The notes under the pieces were generated by a model. The model was not told the DNA's origin, did not search any database, and was given only the letters and a program-made list of their open reading frames with translations. From Lama glama (lineage: Eukaryota): a stretch of DNA of 64,000 bases. The stretch is taken from contig CM052817.1 of assembly GCA_028534125.1 (NCBI GenBank), positions 71,302,001 to 71,366,000 of the forward strand, given 5' to 3'. The translations under genes were made by a program, and so were the position numbers. This document shows, piece after piece, positions 1-12,559 of this stretch (position 1 is its first letter; every line of letters starts with the position of its first letter).

Positions 1-115
1 ACCCAGATCACATCTGCTCTGGGCAGTAATGTTCTGCTGCGGTGTGATGCCACTGGCTACCCCACCCCACAGCTCACGTGGAGCAGACCAGAAAGTTCGC
101 CAGTTAATTATACAG
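1..115 (+). CDS. LRIT3: LRIT3 penultimate coding exon (5'-truncated by window), N-terminal half of Ig domain
   Basis: Frame 1 reads TQITSALGSNVLLRCDATGYPTPQLTWSRPESSPVNYT; GT donor at 116-117 (phase 1); joins in frame to the exon at 1698. Matches the LRIT3 Ig domain as recalled. Confidence 0.95.
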
Positions 116-230
116 GTATCCTCTTAATTCACGCTTTTGAAACAAGGAGTTTACAAATGACTGAACTTAATCTCAAGTTTTTGTAAGATTTGAAATTGGC
201 TGGTTGTTTCTACTGAAATATGCTGAGAAT

Positions 231-380
231 GGGATGAGGGTATAAGTCAGTGGTAGAGTACGTGCTTAGCATGAACAAGGTCATGGGTTCAATCCCCAGT
301 ATCTCCATTTAAAAAAAATTAAAGTAAATAAATACATAAATAAACTTAACTATCTCACCCCCAAAACAAACAAAATTAAT
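231..380 (+). mobile_element. tRNA-derived SINE (camelid Vic-1-like)
   Basis: A box (tcagtggtagag), B box (gggttcaatccc), A-rich tail; the same consensus recurs 8 times in the window. Confidence 0.85.
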
Positions 381-1697
381 GAAAATTGAATTCCTAAGAT
401 ATGCCAAGATTGTTGGATGAAGAAAATTTGAAAGGAACACTTTATTGGTTAATATTTTCCTCAGTTTACTTAATTACCTCCATAGATGAGTTTAGACAAT
501 CTGATTTTTTCTTAAATGGAGAACAACATGATGCTATGGATGGATGGTTGCAGATAAGACCTTTGTCTTTATCTTTGCTCCATCATCTTGGATACTGCTC
601 ATTTAAAAATGTATAACCATGATAATTTCTTTTAAGAGAATTTCATACAAGTTTCTTATTTTTGAATGATTATTTAAATAATAAATTACATAGAAACGTT
701 GTTATGAGGCAAAAGTATAATTTTTAGAAATGTTGATTACCTAGACTTTTTAGATCCTACTGTGACCAAATCAGTGCTTTGGCCTTAGTTTCAACAGTGG
801 TAGTCTGATGATTAAAGGAATATAGTTTAAAACTCTTCCAAATTAAATTTAAATTGAGGTTGAAATAATGAAATCTGATGGAGTTAAAAAAAAAAGTCAA
901 GGCCTAATATTGTTACAAATAGATAGAGTGAATAGCCCAGTTTACGGTACTGAGTTAAATTCTGGCTACTGAGATATCGCTCGGTATGTTATTATTTTTC
1001 AGAAAGCTTCAGAAATCAAGACAGAATGGAAATATGTTCAGATTTTAGTGTTTAGGAAAGTAAAATCCCAATTTTGCAAAAACTATATTATTATACAAAT
1101 TAAAAAAACCCATGGTTTACTAGTTCATCTAAATTAAATATGCAGTGGAAAATTACTAAGAATACAAATTATGACTCCTCCATGCCAGAAAATGATCTGC
1201 TGTACTTTCTGTGTGGATAAATGGCATTTTACTACGGTGAAAAAATATTTTGAGACGTATTTAAGTAAAGTCTTGTGATAAACATCTACAGAATCACAGT
1301 GAGCTAAACTTGGAAGAGATCTCTGATCTTTGTCTTATCCTCTTATTTAAAAAATGTAGAAACAGAGGCCTAAGGACACTAATCGACTTATCTAGAATCA
1401 CATACTACTTAGTGAACGAAAGTTTACCAAGGCAGAAGTTCCTTAATTCTCAGCCTGTGTCTTTTTAAAATACCACTTCCCATATAGACTTCATGGCACC
1501 CAGCATGTCCTAGACTTTCACATAAACAATTTACAGAACCATCGCCTGCTATCAGAGACTTGCAGTGGGTCGTTTCCCTCTTGGCTTTTGTGAGAAGTAC
1601 ACATATAGAACCAAATATTGCTTCCTTTTCAGTCAGCATGTTGCTTGAGTCTTTTCTTTCTTTCTTCTCATAGAGTGTGCTTTTTTTTGTTTTCCAG

Positions 1698-2821
1698 TAA
1701 TTCAGGAATCTCCAGGGGAGGGAGTCAGATGGTCCATAATAAGCTTGACAGGCATTTCTTACATGGATGCTGGGGATTACAAATGTAAGGCCAAAAATTT
1801 GGCTGGGGTGTCAGAAGCTGTGGTTACTGTGACAGTGGTCGGTGTCGTCACAACGGCTATATCATCAGACAGTTCTGAAAGAAGAACTGAGGATCACCTG
1901 GAGCAAGAGGTCCAGCCAGGATCTAGAAGATCTACATCTCTGCCTGATTCATCATCCTCTCCCTGGCCTTACTCTTCCTCTCCTTCCTCCCCGGCTTCTT
2001 CTACTTTTCTTCCTACTTCTAGTTCATCTCTTCCCTCCACCGCTTCTTTCTCCTTATCTCCTTTCTTCTCCTCCCCTGTTTCTTCAACCACGACTCTAAG
2101 AACTAGAATTTCCACAAGCACCACCATGGCCAGGCGGCAGTCATTCCGCCCAGATGGAAAAAGAAATTTAAAGGTGGAGATGGGTGGCGGTAAGCTTCCC
2201 CTAGCTAGTGCAAGTAAAAGAGAAGAGTTGACATTGCTGGATCGAGCCCTGCCTATGGAAACGAATGCCACAATAGAAAACCTCCAGGTGGTCAGTGAGA
2301 CCAAAGAGAGTGTGATTTTGACATGGAACACCATTAACACCACGCAGAACTCAGAAGTGACCGTGTTGTATTCCAAGTATGGTGAGAAGGACCTGCTGCT
2401 GCTTAATGCAGACTCCAGCAAGAACCAGGTCACCATAAATGGCTTGTTGCCTGGTCGGCAATATATAGCATGTGTCTGTCCAAAAGGAATGCCTCCCCAG
2501 AAAGACCAGTGTATCACCTTTTCTACTGACAGAGTTGAAGAAGAAGGTGATTCTCAAGGGTTTTTCCTTATGGTGGTGAGTGGTGCTGCCTGTGTCATTA
2601 TCTTGCCATTGATTTTTTTCTTGTTGTACAAAGTTTGCAAATTGCAGTGTGCATCAGAATCCTCCTGGGAAGATGATTTGGCAAAAGAGACTTACATCCA
2701 ATTTGAGACTCTGTCCCCCAGGTCTCAAAGTGTAGGGGAATTTTGGACGCGAAGGCACAGAGACAATTCAGAAAAATTGCTGCTTTGTTCTAGGTCAAGT
2801 GTGGAATCTCGGGACTTTTAA
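1698..2821 (+). CDS. LRIT3: LRIT3 last coding exon: rest of Ig domain, Ser/Thr-rich linker, FN3 domain, transmembrane helix, cytoplasmic tail
   Basis: Polypyrimidine tract and CAG acceptor at 1695-1697, then (V)IQESPGEGVRWSIISLTGISYMDAGDYKCKAKNLAG...; FN3 (LQVVSETKESVILTW...YIACVCPKG); TM (FFLMVVSGAACVIILPLIFFLLY); TAA at 2819-2821. The LRIT3-EGF order matches human 4q25. Confidence 0.96.
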
Positions 2822-3776
2822 AAGTGAGGGTTCTGGACCAGAGTCTTACTGCTAAGGTCTTACAGCTCAGGCCCATGTGGGTTCCACAACATTTCTTCCA
2901 CAAAATTAAGGATCTAAAGGTATAGTTGACCCTCTGTTTGGAAGACCTTTGGACACTTTCATCCTTCATGAAAATCACAAATGGAGTGTTTTTAAGTGTG
3001 TTTTTTAAAAAAAATCATGAAACTTCTGAACTGGAAAAACAAATAATCTTGATTTTTGTTGTGTAGAAGATGTTCAGAGAAATAATTCTTAGGGTAGTGC
3101 TAAATTAATAATACAATTTAGGATAATGTTTTAGTTCTGAAAAATTAATTCATGTGAAAAAGTGGACTCTGAATTTTAAAAAGATAGTTTCGGAGACAGT
3201 GAAGAAAGATGAGGATAACCAGCCAAGCCTTGACGTTCATTCCTGTTCAAAGTGCTTTTTGGCATTTGCTGTGCACACTTGCTGCACTTCTAGCAGGTGG
3301 AAGTGGGATCATACAGACTTTTGTTCTCACTAAGGTTAAATGCAGCCCCTGGACAGGGAGGGCTCCGCTCTTGGTACCTGATGCATTACAGTACTGTGTA
3401 GTGGTATTCATACTGCAAGTAAGAAAAAAATTTCCCTTGTTCTTGGAAATATAGGTATTAGCAAAAATAAGTTTAAAAAGAGGATCATGATGGTGAGGCC
3501 ACTTTGAAAGAACAATAACTGTTACATTTCTATCTGCTGACAGACTGAATGAGTCTTTTAAAAAATGTGCTCATTTAAAAGTAATCTTTAATATTTTGAT
3601 ATTTACTCTTCTTTCCTCCTTCCCTCTTTTCTTCTGTCCTTCTCCCTTACTTCTATCACTTCTTTTTTTCCAGAAGATATTCAAGTAGCCAAAGAGTCAC
3701 AGCTAAACTGTTTGTCTTTTGCCATGTTATATTTTGTTATACCTGGATCAAGGGAAGAACTTTGAAAGCCTTTTTT

Positions 3777-3948
3777 ATTTTTATTTTATTTTTTGTGACC
3801 TGCTCTTTTTTTTTTTTTAAACTTCTTTTTTTTGGGGGGGGGGGAGGTGGGGATGACTAGATTTTTTTTAATGGAGGTACTGGGGATTGAACCCAGGACC
3901 TTGTGCATGTTAGGCATGCACTCTACCACTGAGCTATATACCCTTCCC
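3777..3948 (-). mobile_element. tRNA-derived SINE in the probable LRIT3 3' UTR
   Basis: Reverse-complement SINE body (ggaggtactggggattgaacccagg...gagctata); imperfect TSD ttYgaaagYctttttt at 3761-3776 and 3949-3964. Confidence 0.88.
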
Positions 3949-4352
3949 TTCGAAAGTCTTTTTTAGATCTGAAAAGGATGTTTTAGGATTTTGAAAGAGC
4001 AGATTCAGTGGATTTCTTTAGTCAAGCTCTAGGTTGAAAACATGAGGGAAATTGAATTGGATTGGGTCATATGATTATCTAGGAAAGTGGCTTCATAAAT
4101 AACATTTAGAGTTTTTTTGAAGAAGTTTTTCACCATATTTGCTAAAGATTATATTCCCTTTCCATTGAAGATTTCGGAATATAGAACAAATTTATAAAGG
4201 TGGGTCAGGAGTCCTGAAATATGCTGAGAAATAAGTTCTAAGAAAATACTGTATTTTGTGTAAGAAACAAATTGGTTTTAATGTAACACATTGTGGAAAT
4301 TATAATACAAGCAGCCTGAGAATGAAAAACTGCTCATTCCAAATGGCTTTTA

Positions 4353-4358
4353 ATTAAA
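4353..4358 (+). terminator. Possible LRIT3 polyadenylation signal (ATTAAA)
   Basis: Variant hexamer ~1.5 kb after the stop codon; not supported by any transcript data. Confidence 0.25.
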
Positions 4359-4739
4359 AAGAAAAAGAGAATTCTAGCTTAGCCACAATCTGTGTATTTA
4401 GAGAAGACCAGCGTGGCTGGATGGCCTGCGCAGAACTCCAAAATCTCCCTTGCTTGTGTTCTTTGCTTTCCTTTCCAGCCACTGTCTTTGGTGCTTTCTT
4501 CACTATGTGCATTGTCCAGTGATCTGACGGTTTTAAGCACAGTATTCATTGTTAGAATTTTTGAGAAAAATACCTTTTGCAGGCAGTTTTGTGTTAAGCT
4601 TCAATTTATGTTAGATCATTTATATTAAATTGAAAGATTGCAAAAATGTGCATTCTCTATTCAAAAGACATCATGGAATTTCACTGCCATGTTTAAAAGG
4701 CTCATATAAACAGACTGCCAAAATATGACCACATTAGAA

Positions 4740-7280
4740 ATAATTGTGGGAGAATGTTACAGACTACTGAACCAAAAGATGCCCAGATTGTACAAAGGCA
4801 AGTTATTGGTCAAGAAAGGAGACTCACACCATCCTGATGAGATAAATTACTGACTGCTCTCAGAATCAAAATCAAGTGAAGCCTGGACTAATTTTGCCCA
4901 AGGAGGAAAAGCTAATTGTTGGTGTGGAGAAATGCTAACGACAGAAAAAAGCACCTCGGTCACCCTCAGCTTGGACTTGGCACATGAGGTGAGTTGCAAG
5001 TAATTTGTTACACAGAGTAGAAGAAATTAAATTGTAAATCATGTACTTCTAAAAAATTGGAGCGTGGTCAAGGTTATCCTGATGATATCATTGCTTTTAT
5101 GTTCTTACCAGTATGCTTCCTTGAGTGGGAGAGAAAGACTTGACATTATAGCAAACAGCATGGAATTCCACAGAAGCCACGGCCCATTTATTAACATCAC
5201 TGCATGCACTGTGATGAGCAGTCATAAATGATATGTAGCAATAGATGTGGTAAGTAAATATTATTACATTATTTTACTTTCAGACAAAATATATTTAAGG
5301 TTTGTAAAACTTGGGATATGTGGCGAGGGTGTGTCACATGTGAGGCTGTCATCAGTGATGTGCTGTGACATAAAAAATGTTGAGAACTCCAGGCTAATAG
5401 TTTATAATGATCAGAAAGGCAAACCCTGAATAGAGCTAGACAGGTGCCTGGGGAAACTTTTACAAAAAGTTCAAAGAACAAAATTTTGACCCAGGGACTT
5501 GAGTCTCAAAAAGGGATTATTGCTGACAAAGGGAGATTAAAACACACACACACACACACATATGCAAACTTCTGCTGAATAATTATGAAATGATTCTAAT
5601 AAAATGGGAGAAAGCTCAGGAAAGCTGAATGGCTGTTTAGTAATCTCAAATTTCAAATGAGATGTACAAAAGATATAAAGAAAGGAAAGTAGCCAAGGAT
5701 GAATGTAGAAATTAGTAAATCTATTATAAAAGTGTCATAAATTAAGGCCCCAAATAAATTAAGGACCAAAAAAAAAAATGGTAAAGTTGACCAGAAGGAA
5801 ACATAAGGCTTTTTTTTGGTCAAAAATAACAAGGAAATAATAAGTCTGCTGCTTAGAGAAGATAAAGGAAAGTATATGAGAGAAGTAGCAGCATCATTTA
5901 ACTCCTATTTTTCCTTCTCTCTTTCCCTTCCCTTTCTTTCTTTCTTTCCTTCCCTTTGGTTTTTAAACTGAATATGGAGAGCAAGTTACAAAAAGTGAGA
6001 ATCTTAGCCCAACGTAGATTAAGGAATAGTGAACTAACTCCAAGATGTTTAAAATGAGGCCAGATAAATTATGTACCAGGGTGGTAACAGAATTTTCAGC
6101 TATAATCTCAGAGCTGCTGTTTGGTAGCCTTCAAAAATTCATGACAAATAGGAGAGATAATGCAAGACCACAGATGGGTAACTTTCTTCTTTATTTTTAA
6201 AGGACCAGAGTGGATTCTGGAAATTATAGACAATTTGATTCATGTTTGCAGATTTTACAACAGATCATTAAAGGCTTGTTTTTGAGCATGCAGAAATGAA
6301 TGCTATGGTCACTAGGAGCCAACAAATGTCAACCTAGGACAAGATTTGATAAGTTAATATGGTTTATTTTTTATAAGGTTACTAGGCAGATAGATCAAAG
6401 GGCTGCTTGAAAATTAACTAGCAGCTAGTTACCAGTGTTTGTCTTGACTTGTTGGAGTCATACGGGTTGCCTCCTCTCAAAAATGTCTAGAAATGGCTTT
6501 ATGTATTATGAAAATTCTGTAGTGGAGTGCCCTTACTCTACTCAATTCAGCATTTTTGTAAATAGACTTCTCAACTCTGCAGAGAACAAAATAAACAGAG
6601 CACCTTATGTTGGTGCATGTCAAACTTTTTTTTGGAATATTCCTAATGGAAAGGGAAAGTAAACATGTACATCTGGAGAAACCAGGGCAACTGTCCTAAG
6701 TGGCTGCTGGAAAAGAGATATTTCTCTGAATTACTCTGTCTTGATTAAAAACCATGTGAATTTGCATTCTACGCCATCATTTAAAAAAATATAAAATAAT
6801 TTCCTCTCATTTCTTTAGGAAAGCCTGGCATTTCTGTGCCTTTGAACATCTTGGTGCAGAGTACCCAGAGGTGCTCTCCTTATTTTCACCCAGGTAGATT
6901 ATAAAAGCTCCACATAGAATAGGGTAAAGGACAGAGACCTGTGGATTTCTACTAGAGACAATTTCATGCGGTGTGAAGCCATCCGGGAACACATTTATAT
7001 GATAGACGAAGAAACCAAATCTTCAAAATTATCTTAAGAAGATGGCATATTAAAGTTAACAGAGATAAATGTAACTCTAAGTAATAGTTACATCAAGGAA
7101 GGTAAGAGGCCCTCTGTACTCTGCCTTAATAGTCCATTTCTACAGGATCAGGTTTAATTTGGGGTGCGAGATCAAGAAGGACCTTGGTAACAACTATGGA
7201 CTATCTATAGAAAGGCAACTAAGATCACCAGGCATCTGGAAACTTTATCATGCAGGAAAGGGTTAAGGAGCTGGAGCCCA
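4740..7280 (+). mobile_element. Ancient CR1/L3 LINE relic (endonuclease, RT and 3' portions, interrupted)
   Basis: Decayed CR1-like motifs in the expected order: IIVG..YR (~4742-4765), LDLIL..EE.L (~4883-4915), PD.L..RV..E (~6060), D.GNYR (~6213-6230), and a CR1-like 3' region at 7110-7280. Confidence 0.7.
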
Positions 7281-9529
7281 GACTGTGGGGAGACCTAGGA
7301 GCTTAGTGCTGGAGGCCTATGCTATGGAGCATCTGGGTAGGTTGTTAAAATGGAGGCTCCTGGGTTCTACAGGTAGAAATTCCATCAGCAGCCTGGGGCC
7401 TTGGAAACCGCATTTTGACACTCAACCCATGGGAATGATGCAGGTGATGTAATGACTTTGAGAAACACTGTTCTATGCAATGGATGTAGAAGCAATTTTG
7501 GGATTACAAAGGAGGATGGCTCCACATTAAAAACAAACAAACAACAATTTTTTTTTGGCTAACAACCAGAGTCAGAAAACAGTGGAGTAAGCCATATTGT
7601 CATAAATTTACTCAGGACATTCCTGGGCATTCCAGAAGTCAGGAATGATGCAGAAGGCACACTGAAGGACATTGCAGACTAAAAGGTCAATGATCTGGGC
7701 TATAGCAGAAAGAAAGGAAAATCAATAAAAGTGTATTTGTTAGTTTCAGTGGAATGAGAACACTAATATTTGTATTGAAAAAGGGATCTCTTTTTGTTTA
7801 ATTTATAAAAAATTGATATTGTATGCAAATACCTGACTGTTGATTTGCTTAAACAGTGGAAAAATTAGGCTATGCACAATGGATAGGTTTGTGTTGTCCT
7901 CTTTTCATGCAGTTAATTTCAACTAAGTGGTAGGATGAGAGAGTCATTGTAATTTTTCTTCTCCTTGGTGTAGGATATAACACTGATGACTCATTCCTTA
8001 ACTATTCAGGAAAAATGTTTTAATGTATTATTTTGATATAATTTATCAACGTAGTTAAGTACTTACAGAAAAGCAGCAATTTTCCTATCATTGCCATTAT
8101 TTTAATATATCATTTGTTAAGTTGCTAGTTGTTTTTATCTTATGGAATTTCCCAAGTGTTTAACATTGTGACAGTAGCAAGGAGTTAAATTCTTGAAGTA
8201 ATTACATAAATTTCCATTGATGTTGTGCTCCTTATCACATTCTCTGTGATTCCTACGAGCAAAGAAAGAAGGGTTAGGAGTACAGAAGAATTTTGAGAGA
8301 AAACATCTCAAAAAGCAAGATAGCAAGTCTGGAGGAAAATGGTGACCACCTGAATCCTATTACCTCCATGCATCCTTCCCTCCCAGAAGAACCTATTAGT
8401 TTAACAAAAAATGCAAATAAAAACACACATGACCATATTTTTAGCATCAGCAGGAGACAGAGAATACCATGAACTTCAGATTGCCTGTAAGAGAAATAAA
8501 CATCAAATTCCAACAGATGTCCTCCCATTGCTGCAAACTTAGGGGTTACAGACAGCAAGAGAGGGAAGGCTTAAGAGACTGCAAGAAAGAGGAGAGCTGA
8601 GAGTACAGCTGAAGCCAAGACAAAAATCACACCCAGAAAATGAAAGACAGACACATGCAAATATACTGACCTCAGGTCTGGGACTTGGTAGTTCACAGCA
8701 CGAGCTACAGGAAAGGGGCTTGAAAGTGAGTGGAATCAGAGTTGGAAGCCTGGGAAAAGCGTTGTTTCTAGGGGAGAAGGAGTTAAAGAAGTGTGGTACC
8801 CTTCAGAGACACGGCAAAAAGAGAAAGGAAAGAAGTCCGGGCGAGAGTTGCAGATTAAGGCAAATGCACTGACATCGATCATTTCATACATTTAACTATA
8901 AAACAAAGACTGAAACAAGAATAGGTATATGGGTGGAAGGATAGTATGTGAGCATTGTACATCCTGACAGAGTAGAAAGAATGCAACTAAGAAATGGGAG
9001 GAGAAGGAAGAGAGAAATAGGGGAGTAGAAAAGATAACTGCCTGCTATATAAATAATATGTGGGAGTCAAAGGATACCATTTAAGAATTACAGACCAGAT
9101 AGTAAAATGTTAAGTAGGAAAAGAGATTCAAAGGCATTTTAAAAGACCCTTTAAAACAACAATAACAAAATGCATGCCTTCCTAAAACCCAAGGGAAATT
9201 AAGGGGGTAAGGGAAGCAAGACACAAGGCACCAAATAGAGAAAGATGAAAACTATTCATCTTTAAAGACAAAGAAAAGCAGCTTCATGGCCTCCAGGCAA
9301 AAAGATCAAATTAGTTATAAAGTTAAGGAAATTAGGCTGCTATCAGACTTCTAAAAAGCCACATACAGCAGAGCTGCATTTTCAGAAAAATCAGAGCAAG
9401 AAAATGCAAGCCAAGAATCTTCTACACAGTTATGCTGGCCTTTAAGGCTATGAAAGATAAAAAGCTATTTTCCCTTTATCCTAAGAGGTTTAAACTTAGG
9501 GCTTGAAATGTAGTGTTGTAGTGTATAAA

Positions 9530-9945
9530 ACACTATATTTTGCACATGATTTTGTGGGTGAGGAATTTGCAAGAAGCTCTACTGGGTAGTTCATTTCTGA
9601 TCCTCTGGGGTCAGCTGGGGTGGCTTGAGTTGAATGATATGCTTCTAATACAGTGGGAACCTGGGTTTAGCTGGGTCCCTCTCCTTCTCTGTAGTTTCGG
9701 GGCTCTGCCCATGGTCTCTCTAGCTGAGTTGTCAGACTGCTATGTGGTGGTACAGGGATTCAACAGACCAACGCAGCAACTGATAGTTCTATTATAAGAT
9801 ACATCCATAATAGTATATTCTGTTCTATAAATTCTATTGATCTAAAAAGTCACAATACAGTCCAGAATCAAGTGGGGAAGTAAATAGACCCCACCTCTCA
9901 GTGGAGATATGTAAAAAATGTATGACCATCCGCAATCCACCAAGT
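9530..9945 (-). mobile_element. MaLR (MLT1-type) LTR relic inside the old L1
   Basis: By-eye resemblance to MLT1 (gattttgtgggtgaggaatt...aaatagaccccacctctcagtgg...caatccacca). Confidence 0.5.
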
Positions 9946-10524
9946 AGAACCTCCCACTAAGAAATTTTTAAAAGATCTTCCACTATTAACGCTTGAGTCA
10001 AAGCTAAAATCTAAGCAGAAATTTCAGAATTTCTGAAAAACATTGAGAATTTTAAAATCTACAAATAAAAATTAATGAGATACTTTTAAAGCAGTGATCA
10101 AAAAATTCATGTGGCAAGTACATAAAGCCATAAAAGACGACTTTGCATAACTATATGTAAAAAAATTTAGAAAATCTAGATAACATGTATCATTTCATAG
10201 GAAATACAATTTACCGAATGGACCCAAGTGTTGATAGAAAGCTTAAGAAGAGCAGTTATAATAGAATTTAAAAAAGTTATTAAGAAGTGATCCCATAGAG
10301 GTCACTAGGCCCAGATAAGACAGGGGAATCCTGCAAAAAGAGACCTGATAGTCTTAGTGCTACTTAAATTGCTTCAGAGAAAATGAAGGAAAACTTCCAA
10401 ATTTTTTTACAAAGTGAGTATAACACTAATATCTAAATATGATAGAGGTAGTTTAAAAAGAAGAAAATTTCAGGTAAATATATCATGTAAGAATTTTTTT
10501 TCCTTAGGTGCCCAAAGGTGGGCC

Positions 10525-10611
10525 TTTTTTTTCAGTGGAGGTACTGGGGATTGAACCCAAGACCTCAAGCATGCTAGGCATGCACTCTGCCACTGAGCTA
10601 TACCCACTCCC
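10525..10611 (-). mobile_element. tRNA-derived SINE
   Basis: Poly-T followed by the reverse SINE body (ggaggtactggggattgaaccc...gagctataccc). Confidence 0.85.
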
Positions 10612-11252
10612 ATATGTGAAAATATTGATGCAAAAAATCCAAGATAAAATCTGAGTTAACAAATTTCAACACTACATTAAGAAAACATCATGACCAAGAA
10701 GGGTTTATAAAGAAATATGAGGATAATTCAATGTTAGAAAATCTATTAATATAAACTACTATTATTAGCATATTAATAGTTCTGAAAAAGCCTTTGAAAA
10801 AATTGAACACTCATTCCTAATAAAAGCTTTGAAGAAAGTAAAAATGGGTGAATACTTGCTTTATACATGATACTCACATCTCATAGATCATTGATTAGGA
10901 AATGTGAAACACCATTGATATGATTAGGGTAGACATACATACATTTGATGTATATATACATGTATATATTCACACACATTCATATATAAAGTCAACATTT
11001 TACATAATATGAAAATACAGGGGTGCACCCATCAATGTCAGGAACAACAAAAGAATGCCTACCATCTCCGCTATTATTTAAGATAGTACTGGAGATATTA
11101 ACCAACTTAATTAGACAAGAGAAAACAAAGATATAAAAATTGAAACAGAAAAAGAAGTATAGTTATCTCTATTTGTAGATGACAGGATAGTAATGCTAGA
11201 AAACCTAAAGAATTAGTAATAAAAACAACTCAAACAATAAAAGAAATCAGCA

Positions 11253-12009
11253 TGATGGAGAGAGTGTGGAGAAAAAGGAATCCTCCTACACTGTTGGTGG
11301 GAATGTAAGTTGGTGCAGCCACTATGGAGGACAATATGGAGGTTCCTTAAAAAACTAAAAACAGATTTACCTTATGATCCAGCAATCCCACTCCTGGGCA
11401 TGTATCTGGAGAAAATTGTAATTCAAAAAGACACATGCACCCCATTGTTTACAGCAGCACTGTTTACAATAGCCAAGACATGGAAGCAACCTAAATGTTG
11501 TCCACAGATAATGTATAAAGAAGATGTGGTACATATATGGAATGGAATATTACTCAGCCATAAAAAAGAATGAAATAATGCCATTTGCAGTAACATGGAT
11601 GGACTTGGAGATCATCATATTGAGTGAAGTAAGTCAGACAGAGAAAGACAAATGTCATATGATATCACTTATATGTGGAATCTAAAAAAATGATACAGAT
11701 TCTATTTACAAATCCAAAACAAACTCACAGACATAGAAAACAAACTATGGTTACTAGAGGAGAAAGGGTGGGGAGGGGTAAATTAGGGGTTGAGAATTAA
11801 CAGGCACGCATTACTATATATAAAATAGATAAACAACAAGGAAAGACCTAATGTATACCACAGGGAACTATATTTAATTTTTTGTAATGACATATAATGG
11901 AAAAGAATCTGAAAAGAAAAAAAAATACATAGGTATATTTATAACTGAATCACTTTGCTGTATACCTGAAAATAACATTGTAAATCAACGCTTCAATAAA
12001 AAATAAAAA
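11253..12009 (+). mobile_element. Young 5'-truncated L1 (ORF2 C-terminus, 3' UTR, A tail)
   Basis: ORF 11310-11573 matches the L1 ORF2 C-terminus ([22 protein letters not shown]); AATAAA and A tail; 14-bp TSD aaaagaaatcagca at 11239-11252 and 12010-12023. Confidence 0.93.
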
Positions 12010-12251
12010 AAAAGAAATCAGCAAGATGGCAAGGTTAATAAAATTAGCACACCAAAAGTAATAACTTTTGTATATGCAAATAATAACCAATATAGATATT
12101 TTGGAAAAGAAAACTGCTTACAAAAGCAAAAAAATCTAAAATATTCAGAAATAAGTGAAATGTGAAATACTCAAAATCTGTATGAGGGAAAACTACTCCT
12201 GAAAGATATCAAACTAAATTTGAACAAAGAGAAAGACAACCCTTAGTCTTC

Positions 12252-12550
12252 TTTTAAATTGAAGTATAGCTGATTTACAGCGTTGTTCCTGGTGTTCAGC
12301 AAAGTGATTCAGTTATATGTGTATATATTCTTTTTCATTATAGGTTATTACAAGATATTGAATATAGTTCCCTGTGCCCTTAATCATGGTTAGGATGTTC
12401 CAACATCATCAAAAGTATAAAAATACACCTTTTCATATTCTTTTTCATTATAGGCTATTTTAAGATACTGAATATAGTTCCCTGTGCTATACAGTACCAC
12501 CTTGTTGTTAATCTATTTTATATATAGTAGTTAGTATCTGCAAACTTCAA
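12252..12550 (-). mobile_element. Two adjacent short antisense L1 3'-end fragments
   Basis: Both are reverse complements of the L1 3' end seen at 11810-12000 (gaatatagttccctgtg occurs twice). Confidence 0.8.
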
Positions 12551-12559
12551 ATATCTTTT

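Larger units (their letters stand above)
8200..12250 (+). mobile_element. Old fragmented L1 (ORF1/ORF2 remnants) with nested younger insertions
   Basis: A-rich strand with L1 ORF2-like relics (ggcccagat, aatattgatgcaaaaaatcc, tctctatttgtagatgac); no open frame; boundaries approximate. Confidence 0.7.

Noticed and set aside
231..310. tRNA-like A/B box sequences (also at 3870, 10540, 38680, 40525, 51110, 54080)
   Set aside because: Dispersed, diverged copies with A tails and TSDs are SINEs, not tRNA genes.
1842..2557. Overlapping ORFs on both strands of the LRIT3 last exon (e.g. 1969-2517, 182 aa)
   Set aside because: Shadows of the real exon caused by the low-complexity, pyrimidine-rich Ser linker; no independent gene signals.
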